NCBI RefSeq assembly: GCF_000016745.1
Contig: NC_009483.1
Coordinates: 1,800,001 to 1,832,000 of the forward strand
DNA: 32,000 nt
Origin: Geotalea uraniireducens Rf4
GTDB taxonomy: Bacteria > Desulfobacterota > Desulfuromonadia > Geobacterales > Geobacteraceae
Direction of reading: 5' to 3'
Notes under the pieces: generated by a model
Database searches by the model: none
What the model was told of the DNA's origin: nothing
What the model saw: the letters and a program-made list of their open reading frames with translations, nothing else
Part shown: positions 31,144 through 32,000 of the stretch, piece by piece
How the letters are laid out: each line of letters opens with the position of its first letter
Position numbering within the stretch: the first letter of the stretch is position 1
Position numbers and translations under genes: made by a program

Positions 31144-31172
31144 ACAGGAGATATATGACAGTTATGTTACAG
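31144..31172 (-). promoter_or_regulatory. Pho box (PhoB-binding direct repeats) upstream of phoB-phoR
   Basis: The minus strand reads CTGTAAC-ATAA-CTGTCAT-ATAT-CTCCTGT. These are 7-bp repeats with 4-bp A/T spacers (11-bp period), close to the E. coli consensus CTGTCAT-A(A/T)A(A/T)-CTGTCA(C/T). They are oriented with phoB transcription, about 200 nt upstream of the phoB ATG. Confidence 0.55.
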
Positions 31173-31194
31173 GTGTGTAAAAAGCCTGGTCGGC

Positions 31195-31230
31195 TGTTCC
31201 ACAGCGCCTGTGGATAAGTATTGTGGATAA
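31195..31230. promoter_or_regulatory. Cluster of three DnaA boxes (two perfect TTATCCACA, one TGTTCCACA in opposite orientation)
   Basis: TGTTCCACA (31195-31203, + orientation; 7/9 strict, 8/9 against TTWTNCACA), gcgcc, TGTGGATAA (31209-31217), gtat, TGTGGATAA (31222-31230). The last two are perfect 9/9 boxes on the minus strand. About 340 bp of very AT-rich DNA follows. Confidence 0.6.
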
Positions 31231-31469
31231 TATGTTAATCAACGGAAAAAGGTTTAATAAATATGATACTCGCAGCAAATTGCCTAAGAAAACGGCAGTG
31301 GGATTTTGACAGTAATCTTGTCGAAATAATCAATTAAAACAATATGTTAGCGTAAATAACCGGAATGCAAGGAGAATGCTTCTGTCAAGGATTATTTACA
31401 ATAATAAAATGTAACACATGGTGTAACAAAAATAAGAAAAATAAAGGAATAACACTTCGTTTTAAAACC

Positions 31470-31498
31470 TTGACTTGTCATAAATGCTGTGATAATTG
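31470..31498 (+). promoter_or_regulatory. Sigma70-type promoter for the acyl-CoA synthetase gene
   Basis: TTGACT (31470-31475), then either TGTGATAAT (extended -10, GATAAT at 31491-31496, 15-nt spacer) or TAATTG (17-nt spacer). It lies about 75 nt upstream of the ATG. Confidence 0.45.
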
Positions 31499-31572
31499 GT
31501 AAATCCCTTTTAAATCAATGAGTTAAATTTGCATGTAAAGGCCAGATATGACGAAACTCCGGAGGATAAATT

Positions 31573-32000
31573 ATGTCACGGCAGCTTGAATTTACTATGG
31601 GAGGTTTGTTGGATCATATTGCGCAGCAATTCCCTGATAACGAAGCCTTGATTTATGTTGAGAGGGGCCTTCGTTATTCCTATCGGGAATTCAACGAGGT
31701 CTGCCGTCAGGTGGCCAAGGGGCTGCTCAAGATGGGAATTAAAAAGGGAGATAACCTCTCAATCTGGGCCTATAACGTTCCTGAGTGGGTCATCCTCCAG
31801 TTTGCCACTGCCAAGATCGGCGCTGTACTGGTGACCGTCAACACCAGCTACAAGTCTGCGGAGCTGGAGTATATATTAAAGCAGTCCGATTCGAATACGC
31901 TGTTCCTCGTCCAGGGGTTCAAAGACACCGACTATGTGGCGACCCTTCTGGATGTGGCGCCTGAGTTGGCAACCAGCAGGCCGGGCGAGCTTCAGGCTGC
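31573..32000 (+). CDS. AMP-dependent acyl-CoA synthetase/ligase (3'-partial, runs off the window end)
   Basis: Absent from the ORF track because no stop lies in the window. The ATG at 31573 is preceded by GGAGGA. The translation MSRQLEFTMGGLLDHIAQQFPDNEALIYVERGLRYSYREFNEVCRQVAKGLLKMGIKKGDNLSIWAYNVPEWVILQFATAKIGAVLVTVNTSYKSAELEYIL is the canonical N-terminal region of FadD-like adenylate-forming enzymes. Confidence 0.85.
   Translation, partial: MSRQLEFTMGGLLDHIAQQFPDNEALIYVERGLRYSYREFNEVCRQVAKGLLKMGIKKGDNLSIWAYNVPEWVILQFATAKIGAVLVTVNTSYKSAELEYILKQSDSNTLFLVQGFKDTDYVATLLDVAPELATSRPGELQA

Noticed and set aside
31195-31560. Chromosomal origin (oriC) interpretation of the DnaA-box cluster plus AT-rich tract.
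   Set aside because: I saw only three boxes, plus at most one weak TTATTTACA at about 31393. No dnaA, dnaN, rpmH, gidA or parAB context is in the window, and the same spacer holds two ordinary promoters and a Pho box. This cannot be excluded without the whole genome, so it is listed as the refutation test of the finding.

Overview
The window is about 58-60% GC bacterial chromosomal DNA. Its gene content (many multi-PAS kinases, Fe-S/CCG proteins, exported rhodaneses) looks like a Desulfuromonadales/Geobacter-type deltaproteobacterium; that placement is inference only.

(1) 1-9.6 kb, minus strand. One tightly packed operon runs TonB-dependent receptor -> YfiR/DUF4154 -> CHASE8-HAMP-PAS sensor with no transmitter -> 43-aa receiver remnant -> PAS/GAF histidine kinase -> CheY-like regulator -> REC-PAS hybrid kinase -> kinase fragment. 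The fragment overlaps the 3' end of a convergent LuxR-type gene.

(2) 10-11.7 kb. PNPOx-like, MarR and DUF2461 genes sit behind a good sigma70 promoter.

(3) 11.7-25.1 kb. A 13.4-kb block is bracketed by a direct repeat (25 bp perfect, 34/37 overall) that duplicates the last codons and stop of the DUF2461 gene.
- Its left edge carries decayed genes: a 5'-truncated cysteine desulfurase and a TauE/SafE permease frameshifted at a G7 run.
- Its body encodes three exported tandem-rhodanese proteins, an outer-membrane beta-barrel and a [2x4Fe-4S + 2xCCG]-TVP38/DedA fusion.
- It also encodes a DPM1-like GT2, a small exported protein, an ArsS-family (TIGR04167) radical SAM/Cys-rich protein, a membrane GT2 with a QxxRW motif and a convergent GT-C membrane glycosyltransferase.
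- I consider this block the best candidate for an uncharacterised system. The proposed function is a periplasmic chalcogen/metalloid-handling module coupled to a polyprenyl-phosphate-type glycosylation triad and an ArsS-like enzyme, with no arsM in the window.

(4) 25.3-32 kb. A 4Fe-4S protein, long-form GAPDH, phoR-phoB, then a 620-bp AT-rich intergenic region and the 5' part of an acyl-CoA synthetase gene. The intergenic region holds a Pho box and a tight cluster of three DnaA boxes, two of them perfect.

No rRNA, tRNA, CRISPR array, transposase or integrase was recognised. All homology statements come from motif recognition by eye; no searches were run.
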